Positions 24,926 through 35,095 of a stretch of 37,660 bases of DNA are shown piece by piece (the stretch's first letter is position 1; each line of letters opens with the position of its first letter). The position numbers and the translations under genes are program-made. Source of the DNA: a virus (lineage: Duplodnaviria; Caudoviricetes); the IMG/VR virus record IMGVR_UViG_3300029821_000014, positions 1-37,660 of that record. One strand, written 5' to 3'. The notes beneath the pieces were generated by a model that searched no databases, had not been told where the DNA came from, and worked only from the letters and a program-made list of their open reading frames with translations.

Positions 24926-26569
24926 CTAAATTGGTTTGAACCATGATTTATAAAGCACTGGATCTGGAGTAGTTGCTTCAGTCCATGCTTCACTACCATA
25001 TTCGTTAATTACTGTACTTCCACCTTTGCTACCTTGTTTCACAATAGGATCTAAAGCAATATCGTTCTTAATAATCTCAGTAAGCTTTGTTTTTTTAAAA
25101 CCAAGTTTAACTTCGACTTTTATTCCTTTAGCATCTTCTGAATAACGCTTTTCAGCAACTGGAAGTTCTTTATATTCACCATTTTCATCATATGCCCATA
25201 CCAAGGTGTTTAAAGGCAACTCAGTTAGTGGGATTGGTGAAGATGCATTATCATCTGTAAGAATGATATTTTCAACGTATCTAGTGTTTACTAGTTCTGA
25301 TACAGCATTGATTTGAGCTGTAGCTAGATATTCTGATTCGAATATCTTTTGCTGCACCGGATATATTCTTTTCTCAAACGGTGCAAATCCACTGTATATT
25401 TGATTGTCAGTTCCCAAGGTGTAAATACGCTGTGGAAGGTCTGGACGAGGTGTATATATGCTTCCTACTTTTTGATGATAATCCACTATTCCTAATGCAA
25501 CTGATTTACCATATTGTGCCTGTGAGCAATAATAGATTTGACCATCGGTTGAGCTCTGGTAATAAAATATCCCTTTATAGATAACCTTGTCATCAAATGG
25601 TTGCTTTTGGATCTCATTCCACATTGCTGTTCCTGAAGGAGGAACTGAAGGGCAAGTTGATCTAATAAATGGACTTGCAGGTATGTTAATTGTTGCTTTA
25701 TAGATTGCTGCATCATATAATGCCTTAGTACTAGCTTCATAAAAAGCATATTCTACACGTCTTAAGATGTGTAGATTTTCATAAGTATTTGGATCTGGTA
25801 AAGCAGGAAGATTCCCCTGAGTTCCTAATAATGTGTTTTTCGATATTGATGAATCAAATGCTCCTTCATCAGAAACTATCCATTCTGTATCTTTTTCTTC
25901 AACAGTATTAAAGCTAATAGTTGCAATCACTTTATTGGTTTTAATATCACTAGTGGTTTTTTCATGAAGGAAGTCTTTGATGTTGATTTTCACGGGAGAT
26001 CCTTGTGCCAAAATTCTAAAATCTATTCGTTGCATATATTGATTGAATCTGGCTTCGATATAATAACCAAAGTAAGCTAGATATACTTTTAAGAACTTCT
26101 CAAGATTAACTACAATGTACCGATGAGAGTAATCTGCAATGAATGACACGTCTTGAGTATCATTTGGTATTTCGAAGAATACCGGAATATTCCCTACCAT
26201 TGCATCTTTTGCATTATAGATAGCATCAGCTACTTTTTCAAAAATTCCTTTTAATGAAAGGTCTATAGTACCGTTACTCCAATCAAGGAGTGCATCAATG
26301 CTGTAAACCTTGCGAAGATCTTCACCTTTGAATTCTACAACTCCAGGTGCTGGATACTTTATGTTCTTAACAAATCCTGCAGGGTAATATGCTCCAAATG
26401 GACGTGGTTTGTCTTTGATTACATAAAGTACTGCAGCATCAATCTTCTGATTGCATGTACATTTAAACTGAGCTGAATTCGAATCAAACACACGCTCTTC
26501 ACTTGATCTACTAATGATTTCTATATTGATGATGTGTTTTAAGTCTTTATCGTATAGTTCTAGATACAT
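24926..26569 (-). CDS. Baseplate hub / Tal-like minor tail protein
   Basis: Position after Dit; MYLELYDKDLK start and EVKLGFKKTKLTE motif. Confidence 0.65.
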   Translation of the reverse strand: MYLELYDKDLKHIINIEIISRSSEERVFDSNSAQFKCTCNQKIDAAVLYVIKDKPRPFGAYYPAGFVKNIKYPAPGVVEFKGEDLRKVYSIDALLDWSNGTIDLSLKGIFEKVADAIYNAKDAMVGNIPVFFEIPNDTQDVSFIADYSHRYIVVNLEKFLKVYLAYFGYYIEARFNQYMQRIDFRILAQGSPVKINIKDFLHEKTTSDIKTNKVIATISFNTVEEKDTEWIVSDEGAFDSSISKNTLLGTQGNLPALPDPNTYENLHILRRVEYAFYEASTKALYDAAIYKATINIPASPFIRSTCPSVPPSGTAMWNEIQKQPFDDKVIYKGIFYYQSSTDGQIYYCSQAQYGKSVALGIVDYHQKVGSIYTPRPDLPQRIYTLGTDNQIYSGFAPFEKRIYPVQQKIFESEYLATAQINAVSELVNTRYVENIILTDDNASSPIPLTELPLNTLVWAYDENGEYKELPVAEKRYSEDAKGIKVEVKLGFKKTKLTEIIKNDIALDPIVKQGSKGGSTVINEYGSEAWTEATTPDPVLYKSWFKPI

Positions 26570-27351
26570 TAATCAGCCACCCACTTTTTATATGTTACAG
26601 TTATTGCTACAGCTTCAAAGCGTTCGAATATATCCCAGGACCCTTTTTCAAGTCTTAGAAATGCGTACATCTCATGGCCAACATCTGAATACGCATTTTC
26701 ATATGCAGTACCATTCCAAAAACGAATTTCTTTTTTATCACTATCAATCTCAAGATACTGTCCTGCAACAAAAGATTTATTAATCTCCAGGTTATACACA
26801 TTTTGTGCATATGTACCACCTTGGGATGCTACTGCTAAATAGTAAGGTGGCTCAATTGGAGTTGCATATTTTACGACTGGTTCAATTGCAAGAAAATGCA
26901 CATTCGTTACATTTATTCTTGTACCTGTTGCGGTGATTATTTCATACCAAGGAGTCAAACGGTCCCAAGTAATATTTTCTTCAAACACATTAAACTGTGT
27001 CTTTTGACTTTTAGTAGCTTCACGAAACTCTACATCCGCATAAACAATGCGTTCGTCAATGGCATACTCCAATATAAAGCCATTATTGAATTGATCTGCT
27101 ATGAAGTCCATGAAAGTTCTAAACTTAGTATATGCATTGGATTTATGCCCAAAAATAACTTTCATGCTTATAGATTGAAACTTGATTTGTCTATTGGTTG
27201 TATATGATTTACCAATCCGATCAGAAACAACTGAAGAAATCGAGTTATCCATTAGTAATCCTAATCCCTTGATTTCTCCGGTTATGACTCCATCACCAGA
27301 TAGATTAAAACTAGATGTTCGATTCTTATTCCAAACTTTAAAAGATCTCAT
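26569..27351 (-). CDS. Distal tail protein (Dit-like)
   Basis: Position after the tape measure gene; LTPWY and LEIDS motifs. Confidence 0.65.
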   Translation of the reverse strand: MRSFKVWNKNRTSSFNLSGDGVITGEIKGLGLLMDNSISSVVSDRIGKSYTTNRQIKFQSISMKVIFGHKSNAYTKFRTFMDFIADQFNNGFILEYAIDERIVYADVEFREATKSQKTQFNVFEENITWDRLTPWYEIITATGTRINVTNVHFLAIEPVVKYATPIEPPYYLAVASQGGTYAQNVYNLEINKSFVAGQYLEIDSDKKEIRFWNGTAYENAYSDVGHEMYAFLRLEKGSWDIFERFEAVAITVTYKKWVAD

Positions 27352-29396
27352 TAGTATGCCTCCGCCAGTTTGATTTGGATATCTTGAACCATTTTATCTA
27401 CATCGACTTCAGCAGCATAGTTTTGAACTGTGACTTCTATAGTAACGTTCTTTGTTGAATGGTCATTTGAGTAATTCACTGTACTATTTGAGATAGTACC
27501 TGGAACTCCTCCAATTGCTTCTTTAACTTGGTTGTTATGAGTAGATGGAGTGGTTGTGATTGTTTGCTTGGTATTAATGGTTGAAGAGGTTTCTATCTGC
27601 ATTTTCACTTTATCAAGTTCACTTAATGAGATTCCCAACCATCCTCCAAGATTATTGATTCCTCTAATTAACCCATTAATCAAATCGATTGATTTGTTTA
27701 TCATAAATTCAATGGCTTTCAATACTTTATTCATTTTATCGATGACCCAATCAAACACGTCACTCATGACATCTGAGAACCAGGTTAACCCTTTACCTAG
27801 TAAGCTTAAAAGACCCATAAGTGGTAACATCGATATTTGAATAATCTTAAACATAAACTCCAGGGATTTCATCATTGGGATTAATCGAATACCAATTAGT
27901 TGTATTATTGGATTTAATATAGTAGCTAGCATTGTAATAACTGGTGCTAAAACATCTCCAATCATGGTTATAATAGGCATTAAAGATTGAAGTAGACTAT
28001 TGAACAGCGACATTACTAAATCTAAGATTGGTGCAAGTGCACCACCCAAGACTCCAATCAATCTGTTTATTGATTCTCTAAATTTCTCATTTGAATTATA
28101 AAGAATTGCTAATAATCCCACGACAGCGCCAATGATTAATACAATCGGTATTGCAGAAACTGCTGCCAAAGCAGTATAGAGCTTCATCACTACACCAATT
28201 AGTGATCCAACTCCATTAGTTAAGCTTCCTATGATAATTAGAACTGGTGCAAGTGTTGCAACGACTGCAAGTATTGATACAAGAATATTCTTCTGTGAAT
28301 CTGATAAATTACTAAACCATGAAGCGAGTTGTTGTACTGCTGGAATAATTTTTTCAACTATGATCTGGTTGAATGTTTCCATGACAGGTAATAGAGCAAC
28401 TCCAACTTCATTCTTTATATTCGCGAATGCATATTTTGTGCGATTTAGAGCATCATCAAACTCTGCCAATGATGCTATATCTTCATTGGTTAAATAACCT
28501 AGTGCTTCAAACTCTGCATTAAGATCTTTCAAACCACTTGCTCCACCATTTAATAAAGGTATTATTTTTGACCCTAATCTGTCACCAAACAATTCATTAG
28601 CAAGATATGCTTGTGTAGTTGAATCGGTTACTTCAGAGAGTTTTAAAATCATTAACTCAAAGTTGGCATCCATTCCTTGAGCAGCCTGTTCTGTACTGAT
28701 ACCAAGCATTGCTAATGCATCAGCAGCTGGAGTAATTTCCCCGACTGATAAATCCGCAAATGCTGCTTGTGTTTTGGTCAGTGCATTTTGTAATACTGTG
28801 TTGTCTAATCCTAACTGCATAGCAATGTAACGCCACTTTTGTAGAGCTTCAGCATTCATATTGACCATTTGACTCATGTCGTCAATTTCAGTAGCTGCAT
28901 TAATTGTTGATTTGCCTATCGCAGTCATACCCGCAAGTACACTAGCTGCAGCAGCACTAAATGGGATTAATGCTTGACCTGCTTTGGTGATTGTGTCACC
29001 AATGTTTTTTATACTATCTGCTAATCGAGTAACCTTCATCTCATTGAGTTGTTGAATTTGATTACGCAACCTCTCAGCTTTGTCTTCTGTTTTAGTTATT
29101 TCTGTTTGTAGATTAATAAATGAAGAGCTGTCAGCTGAGAATCCTTTTTCTGACAGCTTTGCCATTTCTGCTCTTAATTCTTTGACTTTATCATCAGTTT
29201 TTGTAATGGCATTTTGTGCCATCTTTTGAGCTTCTGCGAATTTAGCAGAATCCCACTTTAATTCTAGAGATTTTTGTAAAGCTTTGACTTGATTCTCAGT
29301 AGCTCGGATGTCCTTATCAGCTTCCTTCATCTTCTTTTTGAATTCAGAATTATCAAACCCAAGTTTAACCGTTAAGCCTTTAATTTTTTCAGCCAT
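27351..29396 (-). CDS. Tape measure protein
   Basis: IKGLTVKLGFD start, helical coiled coil, hydrophobic repeats; follows the chaperone genes. Confidence 0.9.
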   Translation of the reverse strand: MAEKIKGLTVKLGFDNSEFKKKMKEADKDIRATENQVKALQKSLELKWDSAKFAEAQKMAQNAITKTDDKVKELRAEMAKLSEKGFSADSSSFINLQTEITKTEDKAERLRNQIQQLNEMKVTRLADSIKNIGDTITKAGQALIPFSAAAASVLAGMTAIGKSTINAATEIDDMSQMVNMNAEALQKWRYIAMQLGLDNTVLQNALTKTQAAFADLSVGEITPAADALAMLGISTEQAAQGMDANFELMILKLSEVTDSTTQAYLANELFGDRLGSKIIPLLNGGASGLKDLNAEFEALGYLTNEDIASLAEFDDALNRTKYAFANIKNEVGVALLPVMETFNQIIVEKIIPAVQQLASWFSNLSDSQKNILVSILAVVATLAPVLIIIGSLTNGVGSLIGVVMKLYTALAAVSAIPIVLIIGAVVGLLAILYNSNEKFRESINRLIGVLGGALAPILDLVMSLFNSLLQSLMPIITMIGDVLAPVITMLATILNPIIQLIGIRLIPMMKSLEFMFKIIQISMLPLMGLLSLLGKGLTWFSDVMSDVFDWVIDKMNKVLKAIEFMINKSIDLINGLIRGINNLGGWLGISLSELDKVKMQIETSSTINTKQTITTTPSTHNNQVKEAIGGVPGTISNSTVNYSNDHSTKNVTIEVTVQNYAAEVDVDKMVQDIQIKLAEAY

Positions 29397-29414
29397 GCTT
29401 TACACCTCCTTTAA

Positions 29415-29719
29415 CTATGAAAGTCCATGAAGTCTATTGATTTCTTCAGGGGTTGCTTTTCTTCTTGATATACCAAGTTGGTCTAGTCGTTCTTTCTCTT
29501 TACGCTCAATTTCTTGTTCTAAATCTCTTATATCGTACTCGATAATTAAAGCTTGTAGATCACTAAAATGGAGTGTAGTCATGATTCCATAGCTTATCCC
29601 ATGATCTGTTGCTCTTTGAATCACTTTAATAACATAAGGCACGTACGAAGTCCCTTTGTTTTCGTTTTCACCATACAATAACTTAGTGAGACTAGTAAGG
29701 TGCTTCGCACGTGCTATTA
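29415..29719 (-). CDS. Tail assembly chaperone GT extension (-1 frame)
   Basis: Open frame starting at the slippery site and running into the 29415..29678 ORF. Confidence 0.7.
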
Positions 29720-30094
29720 GTTTTTTGCGGCTGTATTACCTACGCCTTCAAGAACTGTTGTGATTTTTTGTATTATGACTTGGGTGTTCTCAAGATCTAA
29801 TAATCCCAAGAAGTCATTAAATGTTGGGAGTTCATCTGACTGCAAATAACAATATAAGACTCTTAAGATATCTGTTATTTTTGATACAGCTTTAGATCTA
29901 TCTTTAATGATGTCTGCAACAACAGCAGTCATTTCAGTCAGTGTCAGTCCTTTAAAAGCTTGAAAATTTTCTTCCCATTTCAAGTGAGCTCTAAATGAAG
30001 TATCAACTTGAGCCTTTATAACATCTTCTTGTGTTTCAACTAGTCCGGTTGCTTCATTAAAGCTTCTTGTGATTCTAGGTAATGTGACTAACAT
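29717..30094 (-). CDS. Tail assembly chaperone G
   Basis: Lies between the major tail and tape measure genes and ends in a slippery site. Confidence 0.75.
   Translation of the reverse strand: MLVTLPRITRSFNEATGLVETQEDVIKAQVDTSFRAHLKWEENFQAFKGLTLTEMTAVVADIIKDRSKAVSKITDILRVLYCYLQSDELPTFNDFLGLLDLENTQVIIQKITTVLEGVGNTAAKN
29720..29726 (-). promoter_or_regulatory. -1 ribosomal frameshift site A AAA AAC
   Basis: Last codons of chaperone G, followed by a GTGC-GAA-GCAC hairpin. Confidence 0.75.
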
Positions 30095-30095
30095 A

Positions 30096-30707
30096 CTATG
30101 CAGTTACCTTTAATACGGGTACTGTATCACCGAAAGTTGCATATCCTGTATCTGTAGGTTTAGAAACTAAACGAGTACCAATTAGCCCATTTCCTTTTTC
30201 ATCAACATAGTCTGCAGTACCTGCTGCATTCTTAACTGTATCACCCATTACAGTTAAAGGAATATCTATGTTATTGATTGTTGGATTCTCTTTACTTTGA
30301 GTCAAAGCTTCAGAATGTCTCCCTGAAATCACATTAAATAACCAAGCTTTAAATGTGCTCTTTACTCCACTAACAACTGAAGAAAACTCATAGTAAATGG
30401 CATGCTCAACATCATCTAGTTGAGTGACATCTGCAACTCCACCATCTAATACTTTTTTTCTTCCCATATCTTTTTCATAATCTTCTGCTGGTTGAACAAG
30501 AATCAAACTTCCAGTCATACCTTTATCTGAGGAAAGAGTTGCGATTATTTTTCCATCACCATATTGTTTTTGAGTTGAAAAAACCGCTTCAAGTGATAGG
30601 CTTTCGGCATGTGCAAGATCTTTTGGAGTTCCATACAAGTGGGTGATTGGATCTTTGACTGCATACTTCACATTTCTAATATCAAATTGTAATTCATTTG
30701 TTTTCAT
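30096..30707 (-). CDS. Major tail protein (phi13-like)
   Basis: NVKYA...YGTP...YGDG...KGMTGSL pattern. Confidence 0.85.
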   Translation of the reverse strand: MKTNELQFDIRNVKYAVKDPITHLYGTPKDLAHAESLSLEAVFSTQKQYGDGKIIATLSSDKGMTGSLILVQPAEDYEKDMGRKKVLDGGVADVTQLDDVEHAIYYEFSSVVSGVKSTFKAWLFNVISGRHSEALTQSKENPTINNIDIPLTVMGDTVKNAAGTADYVDEKGNGLIGTRLVSKPTDTGYATFGDTVPVLKVTA

Positions 30708-30721
30708 TAATTAAAATCCTC

Positions 30722-31081
30722 CTATTTCAAGACATCAGTCATGATTTTATAGATTCTACTTTCCGATGCATTAAATGCTTTAGAAATGAATCCCTTGTGC
30801 TTGCTAGCTTCAGAATATTCAAGAATATTTGCTAGCGGAATGTTACTACTTGTTTTTCCTTTTACAGCTCTGGTGTTACCGATATATCTAACACCTTTAT
30901 ATTGCATTTTTGTGCTCCACGATTCTTTGAACTCTTTGGTATCTACTGGACTTGCATCTTCTAAAACTTTTTGTAGTTCAGCTGCTCCTAGAGTCAATCC
31001 TTTTTCAATTGCCTCTCTAAGTTCTTTCCCATAACCCTCAACAATTTTATTGAACTGTTCTTTCAAGTCATCATTCTGCAT
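30722..31081 (-). CDS. HK97 gp10-like neck protein
   Basis: SPVDT..F..SW and LANILEY motifs. Confidence 0.75.
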   Translation of the reverse strand: MQNDDLKEQFNKIVEGYGKELREAIEKGLTLGAAELQKVLEDASPVDTKEFKESWSTKMQYKGVRYIGNTRAVKGKTSSNIPLANILEYSEASKHKGFISKAFNASESRIYKIMTDVLK

Positions 31082-31436
31082 ACATGTAACTTCCAGTCAG
31101 TAAGATTGAGAAGCGATTTGTACTTGGATCTAAAGTAGGACCAAACATATCGTAGGATATTTGATTAGTTTTCATAATGGTTTTGTATCGATCAGAAATT
31201 TCTAATGCTTTGTCAGAAGAGTTTGCATGAACTCGAATGTTAAACTCCTTATTTCTATACAGTGGAGTTCCATCACCGAATACTTTAGGTTCATCAAATA
31301 CAGCTCTTTCTAAAACAGCATAATTGGTTTCTGCAATTTTAGATGGTGTATTCATCATGTCAACATATAATTTTTCTTGTGAACCTGAAGGTTTGAACAA
31401 ATTCCATAAATAGTCTTTATCAAATGACACTTTCAA
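31071..31436 (-). CDS. Putative tail terminator
   Basis: Size and position in the neck module. Confidence 0.5.
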   Translation of the reverse strand: MKVSFDKDYLWNLFKPSGSQEKLYVDMMNTPSKIAETNYAVLERAVFDEPKVFGDGTPLYRNKEFNIRVHANSSDKALEISDRYKTIMKTNQISYDMFGPTLDPSTNRFSILLTGSYMYAE

Positions 31437-31773
31437 TCAACTCCTCTAGGCTTTCTTCGGTATTCTTACAGTTTAATTTGATTAAATGTAGTGATTCACC
31501 CTTGGCCACATTATGGATTTGAAATATTTGTGTAACTTTATTTCTGTTCTTGAAGGCAATATATTTTTGATCTTTGTAGGATCTCTCATGCATTTGAACT
31601 GTATAAAGAAGTTCGGTTCTTTCTGAAGATCCAGCCCAATATGTATTCGCTCCAACAGGTGATATTTCAGCATTAAGTGAAGTTATCTTTATTGGTGATT
31701 TGGTCATTATTCCACTGTCTAGTGTTTGATTCTCAACGACATCAAAAAGTTTTACACATCCATTTACTCTCAT
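31420..31773 (-). CDS. Head closure / head-tail adaptor
   Basis: Size, position and predicted beta-rich pattern. Confidence 0.65.
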   Translation of the reverse strand: MRVNGCVKLFDVVENQTLDSGIMTKSPIKITSLNAEISPVGANTYWAGSSERTELLYTVQMHERSYKDQKYIAFKNRNKVTQIFQIHNVAKGESLHLIKLNCKNTEESLEELIESVI

Positions 31774-31782
31774 GATACCTCC

Positions 31783-32070
31783 CTAAACAGCTGCTTCAAT
31801 AGTTGATCTGAGCTTGTCTACATTTGCAATGTACATCATTGAAGTTTTGTGGTCACCTGATGTTAAGTTCAAATTATCATTAACAAAGATAACAAGGGTA
31901 GACACGACCAATTTAGGAGTATTTTCTTTCACAAGGAGTGTTTCAGGAACACCTGCAGCCTTCATATCTTCTATTCCAGCATCAACAAGTAATTCAATTA
32001 ACGTTTGGCTTTGTATATCGGATACATCATATCCAATGATAGTTGCTATTTTTGTTCCTAGATCTGACAT
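31783..32070 (-). CDS. Head-tail connector (gp6-like)
   Basis: Helical 95-aa protein after the capsid gene; DMKAAGV motif. Confidence 0.7.
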   Translation of the reverse strand: MSDLGTKIATIIGYDVSDIQSQTLIELLVDAGIEDMKAAGVPETLLVKENTPKLVVSTLVIFVNDNLNLTSGDHKTSMMYIANVDKLRSTIEAAV

Positions 32071-32096
32071 ATGTCTACCCTCTTATCAATTATTTT

Positions 32097-33233
32097 TTAT
32101 ATAGTTGGTTTCTTAATTCTTAGGAATCCATTCCACATTGCAACGTTTCCACCGAAGAATCCACTAGCTCTAAATGCAACCAATCCTTCATTGAACTTGA
32201 AATCATCAGATCTCTTTAACTCAATGTCACTGAATTGTGCAACAACATAAGCATATAAACTTCCATAAACCATGCTGTATGATCCAGCAGCAGTTGTCGC
32301 CAAATCTGTTATCGCACTTGAAATGATGTATGGAACACCATTGATTGTGCTATTTTTATAGTCAATTTCATAAGCTGATTTCTTTGTTGTAGTTGACTTA
32401 ACAAGAGCAAATGCTTTAAGATCTTTCTTATTCAGAATTAGGACTCCACCTGCGACATCTTCATCTCCACCATAACTCAAGATAATGTTATCTAGAGTAT
32501 TTTCATCGATTGCAGATACTTCTAAATCTTTTGATGCTTCAAGATGAGGTTGAGTTGCACCAAGAATACCAGATAACTGACCAGATGCTCCAGAACCTTT
32601 AATAATGTCATAAACAAGTTTCTTTCTAATTGCTACAGAAAGGTTTTGCTTAATGACTCTCATGTAATCTGAGAACCCAAGTTTTTCAAATTCTTCTGAA
32701 ACTTCCATATAGATGGTTAACTTGACTTTTTTGATTTCAGAATATCCCCATACAGGATCACCAGTACCATATGCTGCACCTTCAACAGTGACTGATGCAG
32801 TACCATATCCTTTGATATATGGTTCACTATATGTTTCCCCACCAGGTAGGTAGACATAACGAACGCGATCAACAAGACTTGAGACTTGATTGAATGTGTC
32901 ATTCAAAGTAGTTTTCTTATGGTCTTGATGCAATACAGTCAAATCACCTGTTAAAGTGATTGCACGTTTTTGCTGAAGATCTTTAGCGTGACGTTCATCA
33001 AGTTCAGCTTTCATTCTTCTTGTTTCAGAACCAAGTGTTTCTAGTTCTTCACCAGATTCAAAAGCTTTTCTAATTTCAGCTTTTTCTTCAAGAATCAATC
33101 TTGTTCTTTCTTCAACAAGTGTTCTTGTTTCTTTTTCAATTTCTGCCATTCTTTCTTGGCTAGCAGCATCTAGTTCAGTATCAAATGACTGTAATCGAGC
33201 ATTGATATCTGCAATTCTTTGTTTTCTGTTCAT
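32097..33233 (-). CDS. Major capsid protein (HK97 fold with delta domain)
   Basis: N-terminal coiled coil; TINGVPY and DFKFNEGLVAFRA motifs. Confidence 0.92.
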   Translation of the reverse strand: MNRKQRIADINARLQSFDTELDAASQERMAEIEKETRTLVEERTRLILEEKAEIRKAFESGEELETLGSETRRMKAELDERHAKDLQQKRAITLTGDLTVLHQDHKKTTLNDTFNQVSSLVDRVRYVYLPGGETYSEPYIKGYGTASVTVEGAAYGTGDPVWGYSEIKKVKLTIYMEVSEEFEKLGFSDYMRVIKQNLSVAIRKKLVYDIIKGSGASGQLSGILGATQPHLEASKDLEVSAIDENTLDNIILSYGGDEDVAGGVLILNKKDLKAFALVKSTTTKKSAYEIDYKNSTINGVPYIISSAITDLATTAAGSYSMVYGSLYAYVVAQFSDIELKRSDDFKFNEGLVAFRASGFFGGNVAMWNGFLRIKKPTI

Positions 33234-33249
33234 TGGTATTTCTCCTTTT

Positions 33250-33900
33250 TTATTTTTGATTTCTAATCAGATTTCTAATCTGTGTTTTTTTAGCTTCTAA
33301 CAAAGCTCTTTTTTGCGCATCTGAGGACTCCACCTCTTGTAAACGAATTGCCTCCGCATCTTCGAATCTTCTCGCATAAAGATCTGTTTGCTCGTAAGCT
33401 GGATGTGCAACAGCTGCAACATCATAGAGTTTTTTAATCTTTCTAACAGTCCATGTATGGGTGTCTTCATTGAAACTCTCTTCACCTATTGAAAACGCGA
33501 AACTCATCTTATCAATGATTCCACTTCTGACTAGTTCATATAAATCTCTACCTGCTGTTGTATTAGATAATTTGGCTTTAATGAATAAACCATCTTCTCT
33601 AATTTCAAGTTCTAAACTTCCTTGTTTAACGCGTGCAACGACCATATTATCGTCATGGTTGAACTTTAAGAAACATTCTCTAGTATCTGCTTCATCTACA
33701 GCATGACCATCGATGATTTCTTTATACTCGACTCCGTTATACTTAAAAAGAACAGTTTCTTGATTAAAGACAATTGCTTGACCTTCGATAATCATGTCTT
33801 GATTGTCATCAGATAAGTCAACTGCTCTAATATTCACGATCTCCCTAATATAATCTACTCTTCGCGCTCTTATATCATTTGGTTTCAGTTTTGGTTTCAT
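33250..33900 (-). CDS. HK97-family prohead protease
   Basis: FNHD, KMSFAF and LYDVAAVAHPAY motifs. Confidence 0.92.
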   Translation of the reverse strand: MKPKLKPNDIRARRVDYIREIVNIRAVDLSDDNQDMIIEGQAIVFNQETVLFKYNGVEYKEIIDGHAVDEADTRECFLKFNHDDNMVVARVKQGSLELEIREDGLFIKAKLSNTTAGRDLYELVRSGIIDKMSFAFSIGEESFNEDTHTWTVRKIKKLYDVAAVAHPAYEQTDLYARRFEDAEAIRLQEVESSDAQKRALLEAKKTQIRNLIRNQK

Positions 33901-35083
33901 CTGGTTTTTCCTCCTTGTTATCCTTGTATTTATTATCCAAATCCATATCTTGATAGTTCAAGAACATATACGTTTTATCTCCACCTTCAATTGGGTCCAT
34001 GTACAAGAGTTTATTGACATCATTTGGACGGTGAATTGGAGATTTTTGAAGAGTTTGTGCTGCCATGAGTCTTGTTTTAAGTGATGCTGTTTGCAACCTA
34101 TTAGCATCAACAATAACCTCGTTTCCAAACTCAATTTCTCTTTGAGTCAGTAGTTTTTGAGTGAGTTGTGCAGAAAGTTTCATGACAAGTGGTTCAATTG
34201 ATGATTCATAATAGCTTTGCCAATCATCTTCAGAGAATGTTGCATCGATGATTTTTCGATTGATTCCTAAATAATTGAATATTTTTTGCTCCAACATGGT
34301 CATAACTTCTTGACCAGCATATTTTCCTTTTGAAGTATCAAGTTGCACCACCTGTTGTGCTGCATCCAGGTAAGCTACACCAACTGAATCTTTACCTAGG
34401 TATTTAGCTGCGAATGTTTCTGCTCTTTTCTCTTTTTCTTTATCAGATAAAACTGTTGGTGTTGAGACTAGAAATCGAATAAAAGCACTCATAGTGATGG
34501 ATTGCTTCATCCCTTCATAATTCGTTTGAATCAGTTCAATAACGTTATTGATAGATGAGTCGATTTTTCCAAATGGATCTATTAAATGGCCAGAATTCCT
34601 TGAAATATGTATCATTTGATCTGAGTCTGCATAGAAATCTTGACTCTCGATTTTAAACTTGTAATAGATCTTCAACCCATTGACTCTAAGCTCTATTTCA
34701 TCAGGTGGAATAATCCATAAATTAGCGAGTTCTTCGTGAATTGATGTGTGATTATATTCGAGAAAAATGAATGCGTTATTGAGTTGAAAATAATCGAGTG
34801 TCAATCTTTCCCAAAATGTTGGTGCATCCATAATTGGATTCGGTCTAGTTTTGAGTATGTAATTCATCCTGGATTTATTGGTAGATATCATTCCATTGTA
34901 ATAAACCTGCGGACGAAGTTTTGCACCATGTCTCCCATGGGCAAGACAAGCTGATACAAAGGTATCATTTAAACTAGGATTTGATGTGTTACTAAATCTT
35001 GGAGTAAACATATCCATGGATTGTGCTGTGTATGATTTTTCTTTCCCTTTGAGTAAATTTTTAATAAAATCCCATGCTCCCAT
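33875..35083 (-). CDS. Portal protein (HK97 family)
   Basis: RPNPIM...NNAF and MDPIEGGD motifs; position after terL. Confidence 0.92.
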   Translation of the reverse strand: MGAWDFIKNLLKGKEKSYTAQSMDMFTPRFSNTSNPSLNDTFVSACLAHGRHGAKLRPQVYYNGMISTNKSRMNYILKTRPNPIMDAPTFWERLTLDYFQLNNAFIFLEYNHTSIHEELANLWIIPPDEIELRVNGLKIYYKFKIESQDFYADSDQMIHISRNSGHLIDPFGKIDSSINNVIELIQTNYEGMKQSITMSAFIRFLVSTPTVLSDKEKEKRAETFAAKYLGKDSVGVAYLDAAQQVVQLDTSKGKYAGQEVMTMLEQKIFNYLGINRKIIDATFSEDDWQSYYESSIEPLVMKLSAQLTQKLLTQREIEFGNEVIVDANRLQTASLKTRLMAAQTLQKSPIHRPNDVNKLLYMDPIEGGDKTYMFLNYQDMDLDNKYKDNKEEKPDETKTETK

Positions 35084-35095
35084 ATAGTCCTCCTT

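Noticed and set aside
21059-26569. Diversity-generating retroelement or invertible fibre cassette
   Set aside because: No reverse transcriptase, no template/variable repeat pair and no inverted fibre segments were seen.
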